Source: an uncultured Bacillales bacterium
GTDB taxonomy: Bacteria > Bacillota_I > Bacilli_A > RF39 > UBA660
Assembly: GCA_948442255.1 (NCBI GenBank)
Contig: CAOJRT010000005.1
Span: 533 to 64,532 of the forward strand
Direction of reading: 5' to 3'
DNA length: 64,000 nucleotides
A program made the position numbers and the translations under genes. Position 1 is the stretch's first letter; each line of letters starts with the position of its first letter. This document shows positions 28,471 through 37,996 of this stretch, piece by piece. The notes beneath the pieces were generated by a model. The model did no database searches. It saw nothing but the letters and a program-made list of their open reading frames with translations, and was not told the origin of the DNA.

Positions 28471-29463
28471 TTATAACCATATTCCATAAGTAATTGCTCC
28501 CATTGCTAAGATTAATCCTACAACATAAAATAATTTCACGATATCTATCTCTTGCCAACCCAATTGCTCAAAGTGATGGTGTAAAGGAGCCATTTTAAAT
28601 ATTTTTTTATTAAAAAATTTAATGGATAAAATTTGTACCAAAGAAGACAAGGTTTCTATAACAAAGACTCCTCCTACCAGAGCTAAAGAAAGCTCATGTT
28701 TCGTTAAAATAGCAATCGCTGCAAGAGCTCCTCCTAAAGCCAAAGACCCCGTATCTCCCATAAATACTTTTGCTGGGTGGGTATTAAAGACTAAAAAGCC
28801 GAATAAAGTACCAACAAGGACAAAACAGAAAATTCCTACTTCCTGATAACCTTCCATCCAAGTAGCATTCCATGCTAAGAGTCCATATGCCAAAAAAGCA
28901 ATCAAAGAAAGTCCTGCACATAAACCATCTAATCCGTCTGTAATATTAACTCCATTAGAGGTTCCAACTAATAAGAATAAAATGAAAAGCCCATAAAACC
29001 AACGTAAATCCACATCAATTCCTAAAGAAGATATTTCTAAGGTAGGAGATCCGCCATTACTAATATAGATATAAAAGAATACTAACGCAATCGCCATTTG
29101 GCACAACAATTTAAAAGTAATACTTAATCCTTTATTATTATGCAATTTAATTTTTAGAAAATCATCTAAAAAACCAAGTAAACCATAAGCACCAAATACA
29201 AATAAGATAATTAATAAGTTATAAGATATATCAATGCTCCCTTTTACTTTTAAGACAAGTAAAGTAATAATAGTTGGTAAAATAAATATTAATCCTCCCA
29301 AAGTTGGTGTTCCATCCTTAGAAATATGTCTAGACCCAATCATCTTACTCACACATTGTTTTATATTTAACTTCTTTAATATAGGTATTAATATTAAACC
29401 TGCTATTATGGATAAAATAAACCCTAACATCATCGCCATAGCAGCTTTAGCTAATATTAGCAT
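28471..29463 (-). CDS. mraY: Phospho-N-acetylmuramoyl-pentapeptide transferase MraY
   Basis: NGVNITDGLDGL, MGDTGSLALGG and APLHHHFE motifs. Confidence 0.95.
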   Translation of the reverse strand: MLILAKAAMAMMLGFILSIIAGLILIPILKKLNIKQCVSKMIGSRHISKDGTPTLGGLIFILPTIITLLVLKVKGSIDISYNLLIILFVFGAYGLLGFLDDFLKIKLHNNKGLSITFKLLCQMAIALVFFYIYISNGGSPTLEISSLGIDVDLRWFYGLFILFLLVGTSNGVNITDGLDGLCAGLSLIAFLAYGLLAWNATWMEGYQEVGIFCFVLVGTLFGFLVFNTHPAKVFMGDTGSLALGGALAAIAILTKHELSLALVGGVFVIETLSSLVQILSIKFFNKKIFKMAPLHHHFEQLGWQEIDIVKLFYVVGLILAMGAITYGIWL

Positions 29464-29551
29464 AGAAACACCTCTTTCTTACTTGATTATACTACAAATT
29501 ATTTTTTATTATTTGATTAAACTTATAGTTTTACGTTTCTTATACAAATTT

Positions 29552-31456
29552 TTAATCAAGCATGACTTTGATAACTGCATTTTCTTTTATATAAGTTCCA
29601 GCTTCTGGTTCTTGATATATTATATTTTCCCCACTCCCACTATATTCTAGTTTGAATAATTTTGTTTCTTTTATAACTTCTTTTTTAGTTAAACCAACTA
29701 AATTAGGAACTTCATAATACTTTGTATCTAACCAAGTATATGTTCTTCTAGTAACCTCTTTACTTGGGGGAATTCCTTTAATACTAATAATATTCTGCAT
29801 AATGTTTTTAGCAATTGGAGCGGAAACAGTTCCTCCATATTGGGTTACACCTTTTGGGTAATCAACAGCAACATAAACGATATATTCGGGCTTATCGGCA
29901 GGTAAAAATCCCATAAAAGAAACAATATAATTTCCAACCATATAACTTCCATTATTAACTTTTTGGGCCGTTCCTGTCTTTCCTCCTACCCGATAATTTT
30001 CAATATAAGCATTTTTACCTGTTCCTTGGGAAACAACACTTTCTAATGCTTCCCTTACCATTTTAGATGTTTCTTCACTAATCACTTGTCGAACAGCAGT
30101 CGGTTTATTTTCTAAGACAATTTCCTTTGTTTCGGGAACCGATAAATATTTAACGACATAGGGAGTATATAAAGTTCCTCCATTAATAGCGGCTCCAACT
30201 CCAGCCACTTGTTGAATAGGTGTTACAGAAATACCTTGACCAAAAGAAATAGTTGCTTGTTCTACAGGACCAATTGCTTCTTTAGCAAACATAATTCCTT
30301 TCGACTCTCCATTTAAATCAATTCCTGTTTTTTCTGTAAAGCCAAAATCCTTAACATATTGATATAACGTATCGGTTCCTAATTTTTGTCCCATAACAAC
30401 AAAGCCTGGGTTACAAGAGTTTTGTACCACTTGTAAAAATGTTTCTGCTCCGTGGCCTCCTGCTTTCCAGCATTTAATACGCGCCCCTTCTACGTTAATA
30501 GAGCCACCATCAAAATAATGGTCTTCAAACAAATTAATCGTTTTCTCTTCCAAAGAAGCGGCCAAAGTAATAATCTTAAAAGTAGATCCTGGTTCATAAT
30601 TCTTCCAAATAGGTAGATTCCGATTAATCGTTTCTAAATCAAAATTTTGATAATGATTCGAATCAAATGTTGGGCGAGATGCCATAGCAAGAATTTCTCC
30701 TGTATTAGGATCCGTTACAATAGCCAAAGCTTCTTCAGGTGTATATTTGGCATCTGTATTTTCGAGTTCCTTTTCTACTGCAAGTTGTATATCAATATCA
30801 ATTGTTAAATAAATATCAATACCATTTTGTGGTTGTTCATAGACTTCATTACTGGTTAGACGATTTCCTTTTCCATCAGAAGTATATTTGATAGAACCAT
30901 CTTTTCCTGTTAAATAACTATCGTATTGTAGTTCTAATCCAGATAAACCTTGGTTATCAATTCCTACATATCCAAGTACATGAGAAAGAACCGTATCATA
31001 AGGATAATAACGCTTTGATTCTTTCATCAAATAAAGCCCATCAATGTGTAAATCATTAATTTTATCTGCCGTTTCTGAATCCAATTGTCTTCCTTCAGGA
31101 TTTACCTTTTCTAAAGAGGTTCTTTTCGTAACATGCTTATACATAGCATCATAATCACATTCAAGTATCTCACTTAAAAGACGAGCTGTTTCTTCTTTAT
31201 TGACAATTTGGTTTGGAACAATATACAAAGTAGTCGTTGTAATATTAGTAGCTAAGACTTTTCCATTTCGATCAAGAATTCTCCCTCTATCAGCTGTAAC
31301 AGGCAAATTTCTCTGCCATAAAGATTCTGCTAAAGCATGCAATCTTTTATATTCAACAACTTGCACATAAAAAATACGAATTAAAATACAGACAGAGAGA
31401 AATAAAAAGAAGAAAAAAACAAAACGAATACGCGATTGCTTAATCTTTTGGAACAT
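29552..31456 (-). CDS. Class B penicillin-binding protein (PBP2B/SpoVD-like) with one PASTA domain
   Basis: N-terminal TM helix, SxxK (GSTFK), SCN, KTGTAQ and a C-terminal PASTA (VPNLVGLTKKEV..). Confidence 0.9.
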   Translation of the reverse strand: MFQKIKQSRIRFVFFFFLFLSVCILIRIFYVQVVEYKRLHALAESLWQRNLPVTADRGRILDRNGKVLATNITTTTLYIVPNQIVNKEETARLLSEILECDYDAMYKHVTKRTSLEKVNPEGRQLDSETADKINDLHIDGLYLMKESKRYYPYDTVLSHVLGYVGIDNQGLSGLELQYDSYLTGKDGSIKYTSDGKGNRLTSNEVYEQPQNGIDIYLTIDIDIQLAVEKELENTDAKYTPEEALAIVTDPNTGEILAMASRPTFDSNHYQNFDLETINRNLPIWKNYEPGSTFKIITLAASLEEKTINLFEDHYFDGGSINVEGARIKCWKAGGHGAETFLQVVQNSCNPGFVVMGQKLGTDTLYQYVKDFGFTEKTGIDLNGESKGIMFAKEAIGPVEQATISFGQGISVTPIQQVAGVGAAINGGTLYTPYVVKYLSVPETKEIVLENKPTAVRQVISEETSKMVREALESVVSQGTGKNAYIENYRVGGKTGTAQKVNNGSYMVGNYIVSFMGFLPADKPEYIVYVAVDYPKGVTQYGGTVSAPIAKNIMQNIISIKGIPPSKEVTRRTYTWLDTKYYEVPNLVGLTKKEVIKETKLFKLEYSGSGENIIYQEPEAGTYIKENAVIKVMLD

Positions 31457-31539
31457 AGTATCACCAATGCATTATATGTTTTATTAAAAAAAATATTAAA
31501 TTGGTGTTATAATAAATAGTTAAACAAGGAGGAATTTAT

Positions 31540-33015
31540 ATGGCATATAATCCGTTAGAAGAATTAAAATGTGGAAATTGTTCTTTTCTTGGTAGACTTA
31601 CTATATATGATACAAAAACGATCATCCAAAGTATTAGAGAATCTTTTGAAAAAGATGTCATTATTAATGGTTTTTTACCTCTTATTATGGATGAAATGCC
31701 TCATTTTTGTTTTAAAATCATCTATGATAATCCTTCTTTTACAAAAGAAACACTTTATCTACTTAATAAGTATGTAGAACTCAAATATATGGATACAGAA
31801 ATGTTTGAAAATTTCTTTTCTTCCCCTATTGCAGAAGAATATGTATATACGCATTTTGATAAAATGCTTACAAGCGATGAAAAACTAGATAGTTTATTTT
31901 CCTTCTTATGCATTGATTATAAAAAACATGGAAAATTTCTCTCTTTTTTACGTCTACACCCTAATCTACACATCCGTGCTCGTTTTATGATTTATTTAGC
32001 TAAAAACAAGCCTTCTCTCTTGCAAGTGATTTATGATAATTTCATGAAGTATTTAACAAGTTATACCCATCAAGAATTTGAACAACTTACCTTTCTTCCT
32101 ACTTTAATGGATAAAGAAGATATTTCTATCCTTGCCATAACTCTTGCGCAAAATGATACTACTTTACCACTATATTACAGATTAAAAGATTACATTTTCA
32201 AAACTTATCCAGAGAACGATTTAGCTAAAATCTTACTTGACCTTGATAATAAACACCAATTTAATAGGGAAACAAATAAGACTCTTTTGCTTGAAGATAT
32301 TCAGCGTTTATTTCAAACTTCATATAATGAGCAGATATATCTTTTTGAGCACTATACAGAATATTTAAGTAAAGAAATTCTAAGCTCATTTGCTAAGTTT
32401 TTATCTTATTTTGATGAAAATCAGAATAGAAAAAGTTATTCTAACTATTCTTATTTATCTCATATTTTTTATAATGGACTTGGAAAAAGGCTAAAGGAAT
32501 TACTTGATCGTTATCTGTCTTTAAGCAACAATACATCTACCGAATTTATACGTCATGGTTCTACTGCTGCTGCTTTTCGTATCGGCGACTATGTTTTTAA
32601 ACTAAGTCATATGAAATGGTCTTATGAGGATCTTATTTGCCCTAATCTTTATTTGTTCCACCAAAATTTAGAGGAAATACTCCTACGTAATCCTAAATCA
32701 CAGCGAGTAATTGTTGGAATCGAAGTCCAATATTATTTGCCAAGAGACGCTTTGAATGTACCTTCTTTCATTTTTAAACTCTGGGAAGATGCTTTACGTG
32801 CACTTGGTTGGAAGACAAGCGATTCCTTAATGCATGGAAGATGTGGCGATAATTGTCGTTTACTAAATTCTTATAAAGATGCTTATACCAATAACTTGGA
32901 AGCTTTACCAGATTGGTTTAAAGAATATCCTGTTGTCTCAGTAGATAGAGATCGTGTTTATAGATTAGCAAATTACAAACATAGGAAAGAAATTCCAGAG
33001 TATTTTATTGACTAA
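31540..33015 (+). CDS. Hypothetical protein: helical N-terminal region plus a possible atypical kinase-like C-terminal domain
   Basis: RBS AAGGAGG. The C-terminus reads GSTAAAFRIGDYVFKL ... IEVQYYL ... MHGRCGDNCRLL ... VSVDRDR, which loosely resembles the P-loop/Lys, hinge, catalytic-loop and DxD layout of APH/choline-kinase-type folds. This is a by-eye reading only. Confidence 0.5.
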   Translation: MAYNPLEELKCGNCSFLGRLTIYDTKTIIQSIRESFEKDVIINGFLPLIMDEMPHFCFKIIYDNPSFTKETLYLLNKYVELKYMDTEMFENFFSSPIAEEYVYTHFDKMLTSDEKLDSLFSFLCIDYKKHGKFLSFLRLHPNLHIRARFMIYLAKNKPSLLQVIYDNFMKYLTSYTHQEFEQLTFLPTLMDKEDISILAITLAQNDTTLPLYYRLKDYIFKTYPENDLAKILLDLDNKHQFNRETNKTLLLEDIQRLFQTSYNEQIYLFEHYTEYLSKEILSSFAKFLSYFDENQNRKSYSNYSYLSHIFYNGLGKRLKELLDRYLSLSNNTSTEFIRHGSTAAAFRIGDYVFKLSHMKWSYEDLICPNLYLFHQNLEEILLRNPKSQRVIVGIEVQYYLPRDALNVPSFIFKLWEDALRALGWKTSDSLMHGRCGDNCRLLNSYKDAYTNNLEALPDWFKEYPVVSVDRDRVYRLANYKHRKEIPEYFID

Positions 33016-33063
33016 AGCTTGTCATTAAAAAGTTATTATAATAAAAAAGAAGAGGAAAAAATT

Positions 33064-33765
33064 ATGACAGAAACTATATTAAACAGTTTGTATTATCAAA
33101 TATTATTTTTAACAGAAAATGAGGAAACAATTATAAGAAATATTCGCACATCAAGTAAATCTATTATATTCATAGATGCTATTTCATATACTTTACTTCA
33201 TACCCAATTTTTTCAAATAAATAGCTCTCGTATGGAAAAATTAAAAAGAATTCTCGAATATTTGTTAAATAATCCAGAATTTTTTGTAAGTCTTCTTGAA
33301 AAAAGAGATAACACCATTACTAATTTAATCACTTTTTGCACCAAAGAGATAGAAAAAATAAAACATAGTAATCGAGAAGATTTAGAGTTTTCTTATGCAA
33401 CAGAAGAAGCCAAAAAAAGAAACCTTTTATACACGGAATTTATCCTTCCTTCCGCTGAAGAAGCGGCCCAATATGTGTTAAAAGAATATCCTTTTATCGA
33501 ATTGCTTATCCAACATCATAAGTTACCAAGTGAAAAAACAAATTTAAAAAATAGATTAAGTGCTATGAGTCTACTTGTTACGACTTATAAAGAAGTCTTA
33601 TGGGAAAACAAAGGATTATATCGTTTCATCCTAAAGTATTTACAACAACTGGCAAATACGCCTTTAAAAGTCATAGGAAACAGAAAAAGATTAAATGCTA
33701 TTCTTACAGAGTATGTAGCATTTGAATTTCCAGATAAAGAAGAAAAGCTAACGTTTACTAATTAA
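33064..33765 (+). CDS. Hypothetical helical protein (233 aa), co-transcribed with 31540..33015
   Basis: An ATG at 33064 follows AGAGGA (the ORF track starts at a TTG at 33019). It lies 48 nt after the upstream stop. Confidence 0.5.
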   Translation: MTETILNSLYYQILFLTENEETIIRNIRTSSKSIIFIDAISYTLLHTQFFQINSSRMEKLKRILEYLLNNPEFFVSLLEKRDNTITNLITFCTKEIEKIKHSNREDLEFSYATEEAKKRNLLYTEFILPSAEEAAQYVLKEYPFIELLIQHHKLPSEKTNLKNRLSAMSLLVTTYKEVLWENKGLYRFILKYLQQLANTPLKVIGNRKRLNAILTEYVAFEFPDKEEKLTFTN

Positions 33766-33791
33766 AAAGGGATTATTATTTAATCCTTTTT
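33764..33791. terminator. Bidirectional terminator between the convergent 33064..33765 gene and the rRNA methyltransferase
   Basis: AAAAAGGGATTA-ttatt-TAATCCTTTTT. Confidence 0.55.
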
Positions 33792-34666
33792 AATTTGGCC
33801 ACAAAAAATCCCTCATAAAAGTCCGTAGGACATATGGTAAGTGTTCCTTCTATTGTACTTGGAAGCGTAGGAAGTTCCTTATATGCATATAAATCCAAAG
33901 GAAGTATAACAATCTTTCCACTTTGTAAAAATTCAGTTAAAACGAGTTCATTCTCCTCTTTTAAAATACTACACGTAGAATATACCATTTCTCCTCCAAC
34001 TTTTAGGTGTGTAATCGCCTTATGAAGCAATTCTTTTTGTGTTTTTATACTACGTCCAATTAACTCTTCTGAAAAAGAAGAAATAGCCGACATTTTAAGA
34101 GTACCCGTTCCACTACAAGGGGCATCTAATAAAATTTTGTCAAATAGGAAATAAGAATCTAACTTTCTAGCATCCATCTGTAAAACAGTTGCACGTTTCA
34201 CTCCTTGTTTTTTTAGATTGTATTGTAATCGTTCTGCTCTAATTTTATTTTTTTCTATCGCCGTAATCATTGCTTTATTACATGTTAAAGCAGCCATTTC
34301 TGTTGTTTTACCTCCAGGTGCTGCTGCCATATCTAAAATTTGCTCTCCCTCTTTAGGTTCTAAAAAAATAGGTGGTAACATCGAAGAAAGACTTTGTAAA
34401 TAAACCTTTCCCTCTTCATATAAAGAAAGTTTTTCTATGTCCTCTTCTTTGGCATAAGGGAAAAAAAGGGCATTCGGATACCAAGAAGCCGTTTCATAAG
34501 ATAAACTTTCTTTTTTTAAAGATGCACAAACCTCTTCTTTACTTGCTTTAATTGTATTTACGCGTAAGCTAAGAACTCGATTTACTTTATATCCTTCTAT
34601 TATACGTTTTATATCCTCTTCTTTATAAAATGAGCATAATCGTTTATATAGAAAATTTGGTATCAT
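33776..34666 (-). CDS. RsmB/NOP2-family SAM-dependent RNA (cytosine-C5) methyltransferase
   Basis: DMAAAPGGKT, LLDAPCSGTG and VYSTCS motifs. An ATG at 34666 follows GAGGAGGAG. Confidence 0.85.
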   Translation of the reverse strand: MIPNFLYKRLCSFYKEEDIKRIIEGYKVNRVLSLRVNTIKASKEEVCASLKKESLSYETASWYPNALFFPYAKEEDIEKLSLYEEGKVYLQSLSSMLPPIFLEPKEGEQILDMAAAPGGKTTEMAALTCNKAMITAIEKNKIRAERLQYNLKKQGVKRATVLQMDARKLDSYFLFDKILLDAPCSGTGTLKMSAISSFSEELIGRSIKTQKELLHKAITHLKVGGEMVYSTCSILKEENELVLTEFLQSGKIVILPLDLYAYKELPTLPSTIEGTLTICPTDFYEGFFVAKLKRIK

Positions 34667-34725
34667 TAGTCTCCTCCTCAAATGTATTTTACCACAATAA
34701 TAAAATAGCACCTAATGCTATTTTA

Positions 34726-36039
34726 TTATTTCATTTCATATTCATAATCTTTAGGAACAAGCGCTAATGTTTGTCCTATTTTATTTTTTAACTCTGCTTC
34801 AAAAAAAGTTACTTCTTCTTCCTGCTTTTTTAATATACTTTCTTCAAGTGGCTGTTGCTTCTTATCTTCTGCTAAGGAAATATATGTAGAACTTGCTTCC
34901 AATATAGCTTCTATATATTGTTCTATTTCTTCTAATTCACTTGAAATATCTAAAGCTTCTTCATAATATTTTAACTTTTTATAAAGAAGACCATACTGCA
35001 CCACAGGATCCATAGTAGAAATTTGTTTATAAGCACTGCTTAAAAATTGTAAAATTGTAGGAAGAGGTAACTGAATCAGTTTAGCATAAGTAACCCAATT
35101 AAGAATAACCTCATTAGTTGGTATAATAAGGAACTCCCTCTTTTCCATATCATAAATATCGCGCATCTTTTTATATATTATTTTTTCATCTCTTCTTTTT
35201 TTATTATCTGCTAATAAAGCTTCGTCTCTCTTTTGTCTTGCTCTGTTTTGTAGTTCTTTTTCTTGCTTTTCTCTTTCTTGCTTATCTTTTTCACTTTCTT
35301 TATACGTAGTACTCTCTTCTTTGATTAAAGATGTTTGTCCAAATTTTCTTTCTTTTCTTAATGTCTTATTAACTGAATCAAGTACAATTGCAGAAACTTT
35401 CAAGTTTTTTAAAGCTTCTAATACAAGAGCAATATCTTCAAAGTCGAAAGAGTCCGATTTATCAAAATAGTGTGCTTCTATCAATTGATGATATGATAAA
35501 ACGGCATTAAAAGAAGTGGCATTTATATTGTTACATCTCTCAATTTCACTTAATAAAAGTTTTTCCTTCTCACTTAAATCTTTTTCTTCTTTATGAGAAG
35601 CCTGATAAAAGGCATCAGTTGTAATAAATTGATATACTTCCTGTATACTTACGCCATGAAAAGGAAAAGAGAACAAATCCTGTTCTTGTAGAATACGATT
35701 AGGACACTCAGTCAACCCAGAAGCAAGATTTTTCTTAATCAAATAAAAAACAATTTCACTTATATCTTTATCCGAAAAATTAGAATTTTCTAAAACCTCT
35801 GATAAAATAGAAAATTCGGTATAAACCTCACGTATTTTATTCCAATCCTCTATAGGACAACTATATATTCTTTTTAAGGTATCCAAACAAGCAATAAAAT
35901 CCATTGCATCTTCTGTCATGCTAGCATTGTTTCTTGCGCTCAAATATAACCTAGTTTTATTTTCTAAATTAGTAAGCTTATTCAGAAACTCAATTAGTTT
36001 TTGAACAGATGTTGGAACACTTTTATTTTCTTTTTCCAT
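34726..36039 (-). CDS. Hypothetical protein with a central highly charged (KE-rich) segment
   Basis: RBS AAAGGGG. 437 aa; KESEKDKQEREKQEKELQNRARQKRDE is coiled-coil-like. No catalytic motif. Confidence 0.55.
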   Translation of the reverse strand: MEKENKSVPTSVQKLIEFLNKLTNLENKTRLYLSARNNASMTEDAMDFIACLDTLKRIYSCPIEDWNKIREVYTEFSILSEVLENSNFSDKDISEIVFYLIKKNLASGLTECPNRILQEQDLFSFPFHGVSIQEVYQFITTDAFYQASHKEEKDLSEKEKLLLSEIERCNNINATSFNAVLSYHQLIEAHYFDKSDSFDFEDIALVLEALKNLKVSAIVLDSVNKTLRKERKFGQTSLIKEESTTYKESEKDKQEREKQEKELQNRARQKRDEALLADNKKRRDEKIIYKKMRDIYDMEKREFLIIPTNEVILNWVTYAKLIQLPLPTILQFLSSAYKQISTMDPVVQYGLLYKKLKYYEEALDISSELEEIEQYIEAILEASSTYISLAEDKKQQPLEESILKKQEEEVTFFEAELKNKIGQTLALVPKDYEYEMK

Positions 36040-36095
36040 ATAAAAACCCCTTTTCTAGGAGCTTATTATAAAATACAGAACTGTAACTGTCAATT

Positions 36096-36548
36096 TTAAC
36101 TTTTCTTTTTAATAACTTCTACTTTTACTTTTTCTTTCTTCTGTTTTTTAAAAGAAAGAAGGGTAACTCTATTCCCACAAGATGGACATTTGGCGTGCAA
36201 AATACCAATTCTTTTAGGTAAAGGTAATTTAAGTATAGTTCCACATGCATGACATTTCTTATAAATGGAATCTTTACTTTTTCGCTTTTTAGAAAAAGGG
36301 TGAAGAATTCTATTTTTCACTTTTAAGTAAGTGGCATTTTCTTTTGTTCTTTGTACCTTATTTTTAGAAAACAAACGAAATAGAAAAAAACAAAAAAATA
36401 AGAATGGGATAAAATCTAAAAAGAAATTCTTAAAAAAGAAAGAAACAAGAAAAAGAACCAATGTCACAAGTAATAAAAAACGATTAAAAGCATCTATAAA
36501 ATGGGCAAGAATTATTTTTAAAATATTTTTATAGTCCAAAAAATACAC
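36096..36548 (-). CDS. Membrane protein with a C-terminal zinc ribbon
   Basis: Two hydrophobic helices, then CHACG..(17)..CPSCG and a Lys-rich tail. Abuts the upstream stop with no gap. Confidence 0.55.
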   Translation of the reverse strand: MYFLDYKNILKIILAHFIDAFNRFLLLVTLVLFLVSFFFKNFFLDFIPFLFFCFFLFRLFSKNKVQRTKENATYLKVKNRILHPFSKKRKSKDSIYKKCHACGTILKLPLPKRIGILHAKCPSCGNRVTLLSFKKQKKEKVKVEVIKKKS

Positions 36549-37178
36549 CTACTTTATATATATTTCACATTTTATAGAAGAATCTAAATGCTTTTGAAAA
36601 CAAAGAGCATCCTCAAAAGTTCCTACTAAAGAGTTATAGTGAATTGGAATAACTTCTTTAGGTTGAATTTTATTAGCACACAAAGCAGCTTCTTCTGCAT
36701 TCATAGTATAAGTTCCACCAATTGGCAAGAAAAGAACATCACAAAAAATATCTTCCATCTCCGAAATAAAATCAGTATCTCCTGGAATATAGTATCTTTT
36801 TCCGTGGAAAAGAAGGATATAACCACACCAATCTTTCTCTTTCGGATGATAAGGTTTATTTATATTATAACTAGGTATTGTTTCCACATAGAAAGAATCT
36901 ATCGTATATTTATTATTTGGTAATACATCTTTAATCTGTGAAGCAGGAATATCTATCTCCTTAACATTTTCCTTCATTTGAAAAGGGACAATTATTTTGG
37001 TCGAATCTTTTACTATCTTTTGCATAGAAGGTGGGTCAAAATGGTCATAATGATCATGTGTTAAAAAGATATAATCCGCATCATGGGATTCCTGCTCTAT
37101 GTTATAAGGATCAAAATAAAGAACACTTTCTCCTTCTATACGAATGCTACTATGACAATTAATATCTATTTTACACAT
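36549..37178 (-). CDS. MBL-fold metallo-hydrolase
   Basis: THDHYDH metal motif. An ATG at 37178 follows AGGAGATGG (the ORF track extends to 37241). Confidence 0.75.
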   Translation of the reverse strand: MCKIDINCHSSIRIEGESVLYFDPYNIEQESHDADYIFLTHDHYDHFDPPSMQKIVKDSTKIIVPFQMKENVKEIDIPASQIKDVLPNNKYTIDSFYVETIPSYNINKPYHPKEKDWCGYILLFHGKRYYIPGDTDFISEMEDIFCDVLFLPIGGTYTMNAEEAALCANKIQPKEVIPIHYNSLVGTFEDALCFQKHLDSSIKCEIYIK

Positions 37179-37216
37179 ACCACCATCTCCTAGTTCTATT
37201 ATACTATACCCTCTTT

Positions 37217-37924
37217 TCAAAAAGTATCTTTTTCTTTCCATATTTCTTCATCAAACAGAAACTTCTTCTTCACTCGATTGATAATATCCTCTATCTTTTT
37301 TGGTAATCTATGAATAATTGAAGTACAAATTAAAATTTGAAAAGAAATGTAGCTTATCCATTCTAAAACATAAAAGAAGGTTGTATCAACAGAAAGTCGA
37401 AATTCTGAAATACAGGATAACAAGAAAAGATTAGTATCACAAATATACAAAAAGACAAAAGAAATATAATAAGCAAATGGAATCTTTCTTTTTCTTACTT
37501 TCTTAGTAGAAATAACACAAGTGACAATAGATACCACCGCATAGACAAAAGCCTCTAAAAACAACATATTCTCTTTCAAAATGGTACAGCAAATAAAATT
37601 AATTGTGGTAAGCAAAGCAATTCCCTCTTTATTTTTATAATCAGTTAAATAGAGATAATAACAAATTTGGGAAAGAAAGAAAAAGAAAATACCATATACA
37701 TTATTGATATAGATTAAGAACAAATCGCCAAAAATAGCAAATAAAATAGCAACATAGAGAATTTTACTCCCTTTCTCTATTTGATGACGATATTTAGAGG
37801 TATAAAGAGCAGTTGTAAGAATAGGCAAAAAAGTTAAGACATTTAAAAGATTCGTTTGGGTACTAAAAAATATTTTAACAAGCAATATGAAAAATAAAAA
37901 TAGTAATTCTGTCGCAATATACAT
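37217..37924 (-). CDS. Polytopic membrane protein, possibly YhhN/lysoplasmalogenase family
   Basis: About 7-8 TM helices and an FGDLFL motif. An ATG at 37924 follows AAGGAGA. The family call is tentative. Confidence 0.45.
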   Translation of the reverse strand: MYIATELLFLFFILLVKIFFSTQTNLLNVLTFLPILTTALYTSKYRHQIEKGSKILYVAILFAIFGDLFLIYINNVYGIFFFFLSQICYYLYLTDYKNKEGIALLTTINFICCTILKENMLFLEAFVYAVVSIVTCVISTKKVRKRKIPFAYYISFVFLYICDTNLFLLSCISEFRLSVDTTFFYVLEWISYISFQILICTSIIHRLPKKIEDIINRVKKKFLFDEEIWKEKDTF

Positions 37925-37996
37925 AAAATTTCTCCTTATATTTAAACATTTTATCATAATACCTTATGAATGCAAGAAAAAAATAGAACCGCAGTT

